This document shows, piece after piece, positions 12,457 to 23,821 of a stretch of DNA of 64,000 bases. The notes beneath the pieces were generated by a model. That model saw only the letters and a list, made by a program, of their open reading frames with translations, was not told the origin of the DNA and did no database searches. The first letter of the stretch is position 1. Each line of letters opens with the position of its first letter. Source of the stretch: Hypanus sabinus (lineage: Eukaryota); contig NC_082731.1 in NCBI RefSeq assembly GCF_030144855.1, forward strand, positions 26,598,001 through 26,662,000, in the 5' to 3' direction. A program made the translations under genes and the position numbers.

Positions 12457-13600
12457 GGTAGTGAGTGATGGGACCGCGTAGAGAGAGCCACTCTGTGTCT
12501 GACGCATGTAGTCTTTGATAGGACTGTGTAGAGGGAGTATGATCAAACCCATTAGTTTGTGATGGGCTGATGCAGAGGGAGCCTCACTGTTTCTGACCCC
12601 GGAAATGTGTGATGTGACGATGCAGAGGAAGCCTCACTGTTTCTGACCCCGGAAGTGTGTGACGTAACAGTGTAGAGAGTCTCAAGGTGTCTGATTCTGG
12701 TAGTTTAGGATGGGACAGTGTAGAAGAAGCCTCACGGTATCTGACTCTGTTCATGTGTGATGGGACGGTGCAGAGTGAGCCTCACTGTGTCTCACTCTGG
12801 TAGTGTGTGCTGTTAAGCTATAGAGGGAGCCTTATTGTGTCCGATGGGATGGTGTATTGGGAACCACACTGCCTGCCCCTGATTGTGTGTGATGGGATAG
12901 TGTCGAGGAAGCCTCACTGTGTCTGACTCCAGTAGTGTGTGATGGGACTGTGTAGAGGGAGTCTCACTGTCTGACTCCAGTAGTGTGGGATGTTAAGGTA
13001 TAAAGGGAGCCTCATTGTGTCTGTCTCTGGAAATATCTGATGGGACGGTGTCGAGGGAGCTTCACTCTGTCTGACCATGGTAGTGGGGATGGGATGGTGT
13101 AGAGGGAGCCTCACTTTGTCTGACCGTGGTAGTGTGGGATGGGACAGTGTGGAGGGAGCCTCACTCTGTCTGTCCGTGGTAGTGTGGGATGGGTCGGTGT
13201 AGAGAAGCCACACCATGTCTGACCCGGTAGTGTGGGATGGGACGGTGCGGAGGGAGCCTCACTCTGTCTGACCCTGGTAGTGTGGGATGGGTCGGTGTAG
13301 AGAAGCCTCACCATGTCTGACCTGGTAGTGTGGGATGGGACGGTGTAGAGGGAGCCTCACTCTGTTTGACCCTGGAAGTGTGGGATGGGACAGTGTGGAG
13401 GGAGCCTCAATCTGTGACCCCGGTAGTGTGTGATGGGACGGTGTGGAGGGAGCCTCAATCTGTCTGACCCCGGTAGTGTGTGACCGACAGTGTAGAGTGC
13501 GCCTCACTGTGTCTCACTCTGCTGTGTGCGTTGGGACGGTGTGGGTCAGGGGAGAGGGAGAGAATAGCGTCTATTGATGCCCGACGTTGGGATCACTCAC

Positions 13601-13737
13601 TTGGCCTCGCTGGCTGTCATGTGCCGGAGGAGGATGGAGGTGCCAAAGGTCAGGGCGTCCATGTCCTCTGTGGCGACGGCATAAACCTTGCCGGCCTTCA
13701 CCAGGGCAGCACAACTGGCCTCTGCCTCGCAGGGAGC
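13601..13737 (-). CDS. FEN1: FEN1 coding exon 6 (137 nt)
   Basis: Acceptor cttccctag; [45 protein letters not shown]+AA; donor GTGAGT. Confidence 0.96.
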
Positions 13738-16700
13738 CTAGGGAAGTGGGGTGGGGGGTGGGGGCAGTGACGGAAACAGTTACTGACCCACACAGCTCAA
13801 AACAACCTCAGCTCAGGCATCAATACCAGCCCCACCTCTCCCAACCGGTCCTCAGACCAGTGCACACATGGCTGGAACATTTCAGAGGAGTGAGGGAGCA
13901 TCCCGGGACCCCTCTCCCCCACATCCCCTTAAATGGGACCGTTCCCTCCTCTCTCTCACGTCACCTTAACAAACCGGGACCATTCCCTCCTCTCCCCCAC
14001 GTCACCTTAACAAACCAGGACCGTTCCCTCCTCTCTCCACGTTACCTCGATGTACGTGATCCCACCCTCCCTCCTCTTTCTTTCTACAATTGTTTATCCT
14101 TCATGGGCACACGGGACAAAAGACTGGGCACACAATGGTAATATTTCAGAGTCCATCCCCTACCATTGTGCAGTTACAGGACTCGACTCCTAAAGAGACT
14201 CAATATCTGCAGCAGAGAAATGTACAGGTTTTATTTTTGAACACAGACGCACAGCAGCACTATGATGATCCAGACTTGTGTGTTTTGGAAACTTGAACTT
14301 TCAGCGGGGGAAACCCCAAAACTGGTTTGGATAAAGCAGAGTCAACAAGCACCTGGCCTGAAGTGACCAATATCTGTTTTAACAGCAAGTGCCAATGGAA
14401 AAAACAAACAGAAAACCAGGATTAGAGAGGAAGCAAAGTCTGACTTCAGATGATTTCTGCTGGAAATAATTCACTGCCTGCAGGACCTTCCCCTTGCCTC
14501 TGCTACCCCGCAATGTCACATTGAGGAACCTCCACCCCACTCTGTCACCTTGAGGTACAGGACCCCCAGTCACCTCAACGAATGGACACCTCCCTCTTTC
14601 CGGCGATGAACAGCATTCCTCCACCCCACCCTCTCACCTCAACATATGGGGCCCTCACCCTGCCTCTGCCCGTCCCCCCTCTCTTGCGTTCTCAAATACC
14701 TCGATGTACGGGACGCCCATCAGCCGCAAGAGCCGCTTGCACTCGTCGTTGTGCTGCTGGGTGACCTTCACCAGTCTCTTGTTGAACCTCTCAATGTTCT
14801 CAGTGTCACCTGGCAATGGAAGAGTCAGGTCAGTTTTACCTTTGACCCTGACCCTCAGCAACCCCCCCCCCCCATCCCTTTTACTCCTACCCTTGGAGAG
14901 CCCAAAGCCCACCTGTGACCCCAACACACACTCCTCACCGCTCCCCTCCATGTCACCTTTCTCCACGAACTTTGCTCTTTGCTGACCCAACCATAGGTTG
15001 CCCCTTCCGTCCAGAAGCCAACCCCTCTATGTGGGCATAGGTGAGACCCCCTTCCACCCCTCTCTGTTCCCCAGCACATCCGTTCAGTCCTCACTTCCTT
15101 GTGTTTTAATCCACCACACTCCCCTCCCCCTCAAACGGATTACCCTTTCTACCTGCTGATGGGGGTGACTGGGTTTGGGGAGCGGGGTATCAATGGAGGT
15201 TGGGGAAGATATTGGCAGCCTAACATCTGGGCCCCTTCCAAAGCTCCAAGCAGGGCTAATCTGAGATGCCACACTTGTCGACGCAGGAGAAACCGGACGT
15301 GGAAGCACTAGCGTCTCAATATGAGGGAGGCAGGCTCTTCAGACTCTGCTGAAAAAGATCCACAGAACTGTCCAAGTGATTTTTGAGTGTTGTTACTGTA
15401 CCCGCCTGACAACTCATTTATTCACTATGCTGTGTGTGAAAACGTCAAACTTCTCAAACTTCCCCCTCTTGTTTTTGACCCCAATGCTGGAGAAAAAAAG
15501 ACTGTGCATTTAGCCTCTTGTGATTTTACACATCTCTATAATAATGGAACCATTTCACAAGTGTCCAGGTGAGAATAGAGAGACAGGGCCAAGGGCTGGG
15601 TGATGGGATTGATATGAAAGGCAAGCAGGGCAGAATTGACTGCTTCCACGCTGGATGTCTCTTTGATAACGTCACCCCTCAATCTCCCTCACTCGTGTCC
15701 AAGCCTCCCGACCTCTCAACACAATGCCGTCCCTCAAATCCTGACACATCTTCTTAAACTGTTTCTGGTTTAATGATGTTCCAAAACCATACACAGTTCT
15801 GCAGGCACGGTCCCCCCACCCCCCCCCCCCCTCCCGGCCGCCACACTTCTTGTGGAATTGCAACATAACATACCAACTTCTGATATGCAGTGCCCTCACC
15901 AATTAGTGTGAGTACGCCAAATGCCTTCTTCTCCACCTGGCCTACCTGCGACGCCACATTCAGAGAATTATGTTCTCCGAGGTACTTCCCAGCGCTCTGT
16001 CTGAGTATCCGCCTTCCCCAAATGCAACACCTCACAATCATCTGGATTGAAAGCTATCTGCCAGCCGCTCGGCCCACCTCCCTGGCTGATCAAGACTTCT
16101 CCCACCCCCACGATTTTTAATAACCTTCTTGAAAGGCCTAGATAGAGTGGAGATGGAGAGGATGTTTCCAATAGCGGGAGAGTCTTGGACCAGCCTCAGG
16201 ATAGAGAGAGAGGAGGGATTTTAGCCCGAGGGTGGTGATTCTATGGGATTCAGTGCCAGCCAGCTGTGGAGGCCTAGGCATTGCGTACATCAAAGCAGAT
16301 GTTAAGTTCTTCATTAATAAGGGCATCAAAAGTTACGGGGTGAAGGCAAGAGAATGGGTTGAAAGTGAAAGTAAGTCAGCCAGAGTTGAATGGTGGAGCA
16401 GATGATGGGATGAATGGCTTAACTGTGCCCCTCTGTCTTATGGTCTTCTTCACTGTCACTGTACTGCCTACTTCAGTGATCATTTGCAAGCTTATACGTT
16501 CAAACTGTTTATAGAAATGACAAACAGCAATCCTGGCACGGACCCCCGGGAACACTTCCAGCCACTGGATTATCCAGGAAGCAATTTTCCTTCATCATCC
16601 TCTGCTTCCTGCTTTTAAACCACTGAATCCAGTTAGCTATCTCTCCCTGGATCTAACCATCCACACGAGACATCAAAAGCCTTGCTAAAGGCCGGAGAGA

Positions 16701-19700
16701 CAATGCTCACTATCTAACCCTTGTCTGTCCTCTTGCTCACCTGTTTGAACTCAGGAATCAGGAGCACAAAGGCCACTCGGCCTGTCCAGTCATCTCCGCA
16801 CCCCCACCAATCTGTTACCAGCGCCTCCCCCCAAGAATTTCCTTCAAAGCCTCTGCTCCCATGACTCCGAGGTAGAGAATTCCACACCACTTAGAAATAT
16901 GAAAGGGGTCCCGGTCAAAAAGATAACATTGTCATGAGGGCCCGATGAGGACGGGAAGTCCAGAACTGTGGACCATGGTCCAAGAGTGGGGGGGGGGAGG
17001 GCAGGGATAGAGGCTATTGTGGCACAGTAAAGTACAATGTAGGCCCTTCAACCTTTGATCTGAGTCCAAGATCAATTTAACCCTTCCCTTCCATACAGCC
17101 CTCCAATTTTCCATAACGGGCCAATCTGTCTCTTAGAGGCCCCTCCTGTATCTGTCTCTACCCCCACCCGACAGTCAGACTCCCTGCTCTGAATAAAAAG
17201 AGAACCCTATCTCTGCCATCCCCCTTACGCTTCCCTACAATCATCTTAAAATTATGGCAACCTGTAGCCATTTCCACCACGGGAAAAGTCCATCCATGTC
17301 TCTTATTATTTCAAACACTTTTATCAAATCAGCTCTCATCCTGAGAAAAGGTCAGGCTCACAAGCTTTCTTCAGAAGACAAGCTCTACAGTTTTTTTATT
17401 TTATTTATTAAAATTGCTGCATCGCCCAGCAAATCCCCAAGTTAACCCTTGCTTAATCACGGGACAATTTACAATGACCAATTATCCTACCAACCAGTAC
17501 GTCTTTGGACTCTGGGAGGAAACCCATGCAGTGTCGAGGGGGATGGGGGGACTCCTTACAGGCAGCGGCAGGAATTGAACCTGGGTGGCCAGTATTGTAA
17601 AGCATTGTGCTAACCGCTGGTAAATTTCCACCGCACCCGCACTAAAACTTCCACATCCTCCTATAATGAGGCAGTCAGAACTAAACACAATACTCCTACC
17701 AGAGTTTATCGAGCTGCAACACCACTTCATGAATCCTGAACTCACAGCCCTCTGATGAACGACGGCTGACACAACGCGTCTTCTTAACCACCCTATCAAC
17801 TTGCACAGTAACTTTGAGGGATCTACAAATGTGGACACTGCCATTCCTCCAAACTGTTAAGAATCCTGCCATTACCCAGTGTCAGTACTGCCATCATAAT
17901 AACTTTGAGAAATGGAAGCCCCTCAGGAGATTTTTCCTTTAAAGAACTGAAAACAGGATTTGGCCAAACTGCAGTTGAGATGGAAAGGACAAGACCTGAG
18001 CGTGCAACAGACGGATATGAATAGATTAGTACATCCCAAGTATCCTGTGCACGTGCAGGCAACACCATCACATCGATTAACACTGAGCAGAATGCACAGC
18101 GTGAGTGGTGGAGCGGGTAGAGCCAGGGACACGGGTTCGACCCCGGCCTTTACCGCTGTCCGTGAGCCGTTTGCAGGTTCTCCCTGCTGCCGCCTGGGCT
18201 TCTCCCAAATGCTCCGGTTCCCTCCCACGTCCCAAACACGTGTGGATCAGTGGGCTTTTTACTCCACAGGGAAGGTGAAGGGTTTGCAACGGCTCAGAGG
18301 TTTAGTTTAGAAACAGGCCTTCGGCCCAACTCATCCAAGACACCACTTTCACTTCTTTTATCCACATTCTTTTAAACTCTCCAAGTATATTTGTAACATC
18401 ACTACAAGGCTTCTACCACTTCCTCTGACAGCCCATTCCACATCTGTGTGAAAACCTTGCCCCTTCAAATCTTTCCCCCTCTCACCTCAAACCCATGCCC
18501 TCTAGTTTCAGCCTCCTTACTCCAGAAAAGAGTGACAATTCACCCTGCCTGTGGCCCTCATGATTTCTGTGCACCTCTCTCAGCTCACCTCCCAACCAGC
18601 TGCAGTCCAGAGACTGCAGTCCAGAGTCTCCCTTCGTAACTCTGGCAAGAAGGAAGCGAGAGTGCGCAGACAGGACCTCTCCGAGAGTGAGCATTGATTC
18701 AAGAGGCTACGGTAGGTGGGTGGGGGGGTGGGTGGGTAAGGGTAGGGGAATACTGGTAGAAATGGAACAGACTCACTCACCTGTCTCTTGGGCATTCGCC
18801 AGCTGTTTCTCAGCCTCCGCCCTCCGCTCGCTCCGCTTGCTCAGCTGAAAGAGATCGAAGGTCACCACAGGCTCAACCAATGGTCTTTCACACCCCAGGG
18901 GCTGGGGCAGGTCTGAAGAGAGGGGCAACAGCTCCAGCTGACCATGACCTGGGCAGCCGTTACCCAACAGTCTAACCGGCCACTCGCCTCTCCTCATAGT
19001 CACCCAGTTTCTCCCTAATTTACCCTATCTCCCTCATCACCTGTCTGTGTCACACCACCCCCTGGGGCCCCTCATGTTCTCCCACTCCCCCTTAGTGCCC
19101 CTCACCCCCTCCACTAGACCATCCTGCGACCCTGACCTCTCCCCACCCCAAATCATTTCCATCCTCCTTCCCTTTTGCCTTCACCACTCCCACCTTCTTG
19201 CCTCTACAACATACCCCCTACCATTGCTTAAACTACCCTTCCTCTCCCATTCCACTCTCCCCATCTCCCTCCAACACTGCCCAAACTCACCCTTCTCCCT
19301 CCAGAATTCCCCCAGACATCACCCATCCCTCCACATCTCACCCCCCCACTTGACCGCACCCCCCCACACCCACTGCGGTGTGACCCTCCGGTGGAGCTTG
19401 CGAGATTCCCCCGGGCCGGGGTTGAGCCAGCGTTCGGGACAAGGGGATAGAGTTTCCTCACCTCTCCAGCTTTCAGCTGCGGCGGCTTCCCGTCAAAGAC
19501 GTAGACTGGCTTGATCCCGTTCTCGATAATGCGGATGGTGCGGTAGAACATGCCCATTAGGTGGCTGCGGGGGTGGAGAAAGAGTCAGCAAGAGGAGACG
19601 GGAGGGACGTCCTGGTCAGAATGGAAAGAAGAGCTGAGGGTGGAGAGGGGAGGAAGGGCCGAGGAAGTGACGCCACGCTGGGCGAAGGATTGAGGGAGAG

Positions 19701-22700
19701 TGAGGTTACGCCCTCCGGAAAGATAGACAGATAGATAGATAGATACTTTATTCATCCCCAAGGGGAAATTCAACATTTTTCCACTGTCCCATACACTTAT
19801 TGTAGCAAAACTAATTACATAAGTATTTAACTCAATATAAATGATATGCATCTAAAATCACCCTCCCAAAAAGCTTTAATAAATAGCTTTTAAAAAGTTC
19901 TTAAATAGTTACTAAAGTGCATTGAGTGGTAATTTAAGCTCAGTCCTAACCCCGGCACTTTAACATGTCTTGCCCCTGGTGGTTGAATTGTAGAGACGAA
20001 TGGCGAAAGAAGCCAAAAGAAGTCACACTGGCTGCGATGAGATTTTATATATTCACAGTTCACGGCAAACCTCCCATGCACAGGGTGGCTCCCTCCCCCC
20101 TCCCCCACCGGAGGCACCCCTCCCACCTGGTGGTCTCTCCATCCTCGCTCTGAAGTACGTTGCCGTCCTGCCTCACCGCGATCAGGAACTGATAGATGCT
20201 CATGGAGGCGTCGATGGCGACCTTGCGACCTGCAACGAGGGAAACGCACTGAAGCCGAGGGTCTGCGGCGAATGGGAGCAGTTCAGAATCAATGACAAAC
20301 GTCACAACAGTGCAAAACAAGAGCAAGAGAGTGAGGGGGCGTCCACGGATCGGATGGCAGAGGGGAAGAAGCTGTCCCTAAAACTTCATGTGTGCATCTT
20401 CAGGCTCCTGTCCTTGCTCACTGATTGTCGGAATGAGGTGGTGAGTGTCCTTCGCAATGGATGCTGCCTTCTCCAGGCTTGGCTTTTTGATGATATCAAT
20501 GGCTGCACCCATGATGGACCTGGCCTAGTCCACAACCCTCTGCAGCTCTTCCTAATCCTGTGCACGGGCACCTTCACACCAGACACTGATGCAGCCAGTC
20601 AGAATGCTCTCCACGGTACATCTGTAAAGATCTGCCAGAGTACCAAATCACCTCAGAATCTTAATTAAATATAGGCGCTGGCTGTACTTGTAAATGAATC
20701 TATATATCAGGCCCAGGGCAGGTGTTCAGAAATGTTGTCATGCAGGAACTTGAGGCTGCTCACTCTTTGCACTGCTGACCCCCAGATGAGAACTGGGGGG
20801 TGTTTTCCTGACCTCCCCTTCCTTGTGTATTTCTTCAGATACAGTGCAGAACAAGCTCTTCCAACGCCAGGAATCGCTCCGCACAGCAACCCACCTATTT
20901 AACCTGAGCTAAACCACAGAACAATTAATCGGTCGTTCAATGTCTGCAGGACTAGGCTGCAGATGTTTGATGACTCAGTGGCGGTCAGCGTTCCATTCTA
21001 CGCTGTAGTCTGCTGGGGCGGCAGGGTGAGAGCAGCTGACGGCAAGAAGGTCAATAAGCTCGTCAGGAAGGCTGGTTTCGATCTGGGGGTGGAACTGGAT
21101 TCCCCGGTGGTTGTGTCTGAGAGGAATACGCTGCAGAAACCACGGAGCATTGTGGACAATCCCTTGCACCCCCTCCATGACAGACTGGACAAACAGAGGA
21201 GCACCTTTAATAACTGACTGATTCCACGAAGGTGCACCACTGAAATCCTTTCTCCCTGCGGCTCTACAACTCCTCTTCAAGTATACGGTGTCATTGCACA
21301 TCTGTACTTTGCTGTTACTTTTTAACGCACATTTAGTTATTTTTTGTTGCTCAATGCTCACATCTTGTATTTTCTTTTTGAATATTTTTATCAAAATTTT
21401 AAAGTATTTTAAAGTACGTATTTCTGAATCAGCAACTTTGCAACAATAATTTCCTTCGGGATAAATAAAAGTTTTATCTGATCTTTGGAGTGTGGGAGAA
21501 AACCCAGGTGGTCACGGAGGGAACATACAAACTCCTTATTAAACACCAGAATTGAACTCTGGACACTGACGCCCCAAGCTATAACGACAGTACCATGGCA
21601 CCATGCAGTCCACAATCATTTCCTTGGCCTTCCTGAGGCTGCGTGCAAGATTGTTGTCACAACACCACACCAGCCAATTCCCGAATGCATCATCGCCAAC
21701 ACCGGCCGTGTCCTCGACAAGTTTATAGATGGTGTTTGAGCTGTGTCTTGCCACAGATATGCGAGTGGAGCCCCAGCCTAAGCACGAGCCCAGAGGTGTG
21801 CCTGTTGACTATCAGCAAAGAGAAGATACGATTTCCAATCTGCTCCGACTGTAGCTGCAGATCTCAATGTAGTCTGGGCGATGGAGCCCCACAATCTTCC
21901 CAGGCACGGCAGCAGCAATCTGCAGTCCTGACTGAAACGGCAGTTTCCTAGGACACCAACCGCCTTGGCTCTGAACCCCGTTCACTGGTCATCAGGAATG
22001 GGATTCCGCCGCTGGGGGCTTCATCATCTTCCCCAACATCCCTCTTGTCCCTTGGCCACTGTCCCCCAGTCCAGCCACACCCCCACCCCAACATTATGCC
22101 TCTTTCACCTCCATTTCAGATCTGTCACTCCACCTGTTCCTTCGATCTCTCTTGCCCTTGTGACCCTATCTAACTACCCCTCCATTGTGGGTAAATGAGG
22201 CCAGCTTTTCTGGGCATCGTGGTCAGCACAGATCTTTTGGGCTTCAAAACATGACTCTCCCTCCTTCATCCCTTTAAATGCCTCTCTTCCCATCAGTATC
22301 TCTTCCCACTCCCTCATTCCTTTATTGACATCTCTGTTGTCTCTATCCATCATTCCTACAGACCAAACCTCCCGCTACCTACCCATTCCCATCTCCTTAA
22401 TCAACCCCATCAAATACCAGTCCTTCCCCGTTTCTGACCTCCCCCTCATCCTCCAAACCAGTTCTCCTCACCTGTGCAATGCTCCTGTCCCCATTAGTCC
22501 AGCAACCCTAACCCTTGCGCCTTCCCTGCCTCTCCGCCTTTCGCAGGGATCGTTCCCTCCGCGACTGCCTGGTCCACACGTCCCTCCCCACAGATCTCCC
22601 ACCTAGTACTTATCCCTGCAAGCTTAAGTGCTACACCTGTCCCTACACCGCCTCTCTTACCACCATTCGGGGCCCCAAACAGTACTTCCAGGTGAGGAAA

Positions 22701-23821
22701 CACTTCACTTGTGAGTCTATTGGGGTCATCTATTGCATCCAGTGCTGCCTCCTGTACATCAGTGAGACCAAATGCAGATTGGGGGACCGCTTTGTCTAAC
22801 ACCTCCGCTCTGTCCACCACAACAGACAGGATCTCCCGGTTGCCACCCACCTCAACTCTGCTTCACATTCCCATTCGGATACTGCCATGATGAGGCCAAA
22901 CTCAGGTTGGAGGAGCAACACCTCATATACCGTCTGGGTAGTCTCCAGCCCCTTGGTATGAACATTGAATTCTCCAACTTCTGGTAATTCCCTCCCTCTC
23001 CCTTCCCCCATCCCAGTTTCACTCCACCTCCTCCTCCAGCTGCCTATCACCTCTCTCATGATTCTGCCTTCTTCTACTAACTGTAGTGCTTTCCCCTTAC
23101 ATTCCTTCTTCACCTTTCCTGCCTATCCCCTCCCCCACCCATTGATCTTGCCTCTGATTGTTTTTTCACCTGGCACCCATCAGCCTTCTCCTTCCCACCC
23201 TCCCACCCCCCCTTCATTATAGGACCCCTGCCCCCTCCTTCTTCAGTCCTGACGAAGGGTCTCGGCGTGAGATGTTGACTGTACGTTTCCACGGATGCTG
23301 CCCGACCTGCTGTGTTCCTCCAGTTTGTTTGTACGTTTTGACAACAGCATCTGCAGTGTACTTTGTGTTTATTATCCCTCCAGGCCCTTCTCCCCCTATC
23401 AACCCCCTCACAACTGCACTCTATCCTTATCAAATCAGCCACTGAACCTTTTCTTATCCTCCTCCCTCCCATCTTTTTATTCTACCCTAGCCCCACCTCT
23501 TCTAGCCCATCTTCTCTCCACCCCAGCCCTCCCGTCCCCACTCCCCTCCTTCCCTTTTCCTATCCACCACACCCTCCTTTCCCCTCCTCCTCTTCCCTCA
23601 TATCTACTCCCCACTGCATCCTCCATTCTGTACACACCTTTCCCCCATTCACTCATCCTATCCTCTCACTGTCACCACCCCCCATCCATTCCTTCATTCT
23701 GTAATCTTCCCCCGATTCATTCTTCCATTCCACCATTACCGAAGTAGCTCTTCATCTGCTGCTCCTTCACCGCTGCCGGCGCCACATCGCCAATGAGTTT
23801 AGCCAGACCTTGAATCCCCAT
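13601..23821 (-). CDS. FEN1: Flap endonuclease 1, 5'-partial model of six coding exons: join(23740-23821, 20127-20229, 19462-19564, 18781-18844, 14700-14809, 13601-13737); downstream exons are not in the window
   Basis: Spliced translation [199 protein letters not shown](K) is collinear with human FEN1. All junctions are GT-AG with matching phases. Residues equivalent to D34, D86, K93, R100, E158, E160, D179 and D181 are intact. Confidence 0.97.
13935..14047. repeat. 41-bp tandem repeat (about 2.7 copies) in FEN1 intron 5
   Basis: Unit GGGACCGTTCCCTCCTCTCTCTCACGTCACCTTAACAAACC read directly. Confidence 0.85.
14700..14809 (-). CDS. FEN1: FEN1 coding exon 5 (110 nt)
   Basis: Acceptor tgccag; (G)[36 protein letters not shown]; donor GTATTT. 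Confidence 0.95.
15690..16440. mobile_element. CR1-like LINE fragments in opposite orientations (FEN1 intron 4)
   Basis: A minus-strand fragment reads [17 protein letters not shown], typical of the CR1 RT C-terminus. A plus-strand CR1 3' region follows from about 16120. Confidence 0.7.
17470..17630 (-). mobile_element. tRNA-derived SINE
   Basis: The minus strand has an A-box-like TAGCACAATGC and a B-box GGTTCAATTCC, followed by a SINE body. Confidence 0.6.
18100..18280 (+). mobile_element. HE1-like elasmobranch tRNA-derived SINE
   Basis: TGGTGGAGCGG A-box and GGTTCGACCCC B-box, then GCTCCGGTTCCCTCCCACGTCCCAAA matching my recollection of the HE1 body. Confidence 0.65.
18781..18844 (-). CDS. 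FEN1: FEN1 coding exon 4 (64 nt)
   Basis: Acceptor ctttcag; [21 protein letters not shown]+G; donor GTGAGT. Confidence 0.95.
19462..19564 (-). CDS. FEN1: FEN1 coding exon 3 (103 nt)
   Basis: Acceptor ccgcag; (S)[34 protein letters not shown]; donor GTGAGG. Confidence 0.96.
20127..20229 (-). CDS. FEN1: FEN1 coding exon 2 (103 nt)
   Basis: Acceptor ttgcag; [34 protein letters not shown]; donor GTGGGA. Confidence 0.96.
20326..21960. mobile_element. Cluster of Rex1/L2-like LINE 3' fragments in FEN1 intron 1, both strands
   Basis: The plus fragment 20963-21250 reads [10 protein letters not shown]...[11 protein letters not shown]...[21 protein letters not shown]. Related minus fragments lie at about 20326-20640 and 21600-21960. 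Confidence 0.7.
22190..23340 (+). mobile_element. Penelope-like element 3' part (degenerate RT end, GIY-YIG endonuclease, terminal repeat)
   Basis: CYTCPYT...[39 protein letters not shown] is a GIY-YIG-like motif. It is followed by the terminal motif CAGTCCTGACGAAGGGTCTCGG...GATGCTGCCCGACCTGCTG. Confidence 0.8.
23740..23821 (-). CDS. FEN1: FEN1 coding exon 1 (82 nt)
   Basis: ATG GGG ATT CAA GGT... = [27 protein letters not shown]+G; donor GTAATG. Confidence 0.96.

Larger units (their letters stand above)
1..13545. repeat. Tandem satellite/minisatellite array, 48-50 bp unit (approx. GGTAGTGTGTGATGGGACGGTGTAGAG[AA/GG]GCCTCAC[CA/TG]TGTCTGACCC), open at the left window edge
   Basis: The unit is directly readable from base 1 to about 13545, interrupted at 9291-11335 and 12261-12456. 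The 48-nt units explain the 16-aa periodic minus-strand ORFs (MVRLLYTVPSHTTGSD)n. Confidence 0.97.

Noticed and set aside
214-13507. Many minus-strand ORFs with 16-aa periodicity (MVRLLYTVPSHTTGSD)n and His/Arg-rich alternatives
   Set aside because: They result from a 48-nt, stop-poor satellite unit. Frames switch at every 49/50-nt unit and there is no splice or domain evidence.
1-13545. Satellite as an Ig class-switch (S-gamma-like) region: about 49-bp unit, G-rich strand, GGTA and AGCC AID-hotspot motifs
   Set aside because: It lies 3' of the Ig gene inside another gene rather than upstream of a C exon. The G-rich strand is the template strand for both genes, opposite to R-loop-forming S regions. 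AGCT density is low.
14130-15560. Possible intronic snoRNAs in unique-looking parts of FEN1 introns 4 and 5
   Set aside because: I could not establish a correctly oriented C/D box pair with a terminal stem, or an H/ACA two-hairpin layout, by eye. An Infernal/Rfam scan would be needed.
17470-18280. A/B-box-containing sequences as tRNA genes
   Set aside because: No cloverleaf can be formed. They continue into SINE bodies, so they are annotated as SINEs.
20000-20668. 222-aa plus-strand ORF antisense to FEN1 exon 2
   Set aside because: It is a composite of LINE fragments and the GC-rich antisense of the exon, with no recognisable domain.
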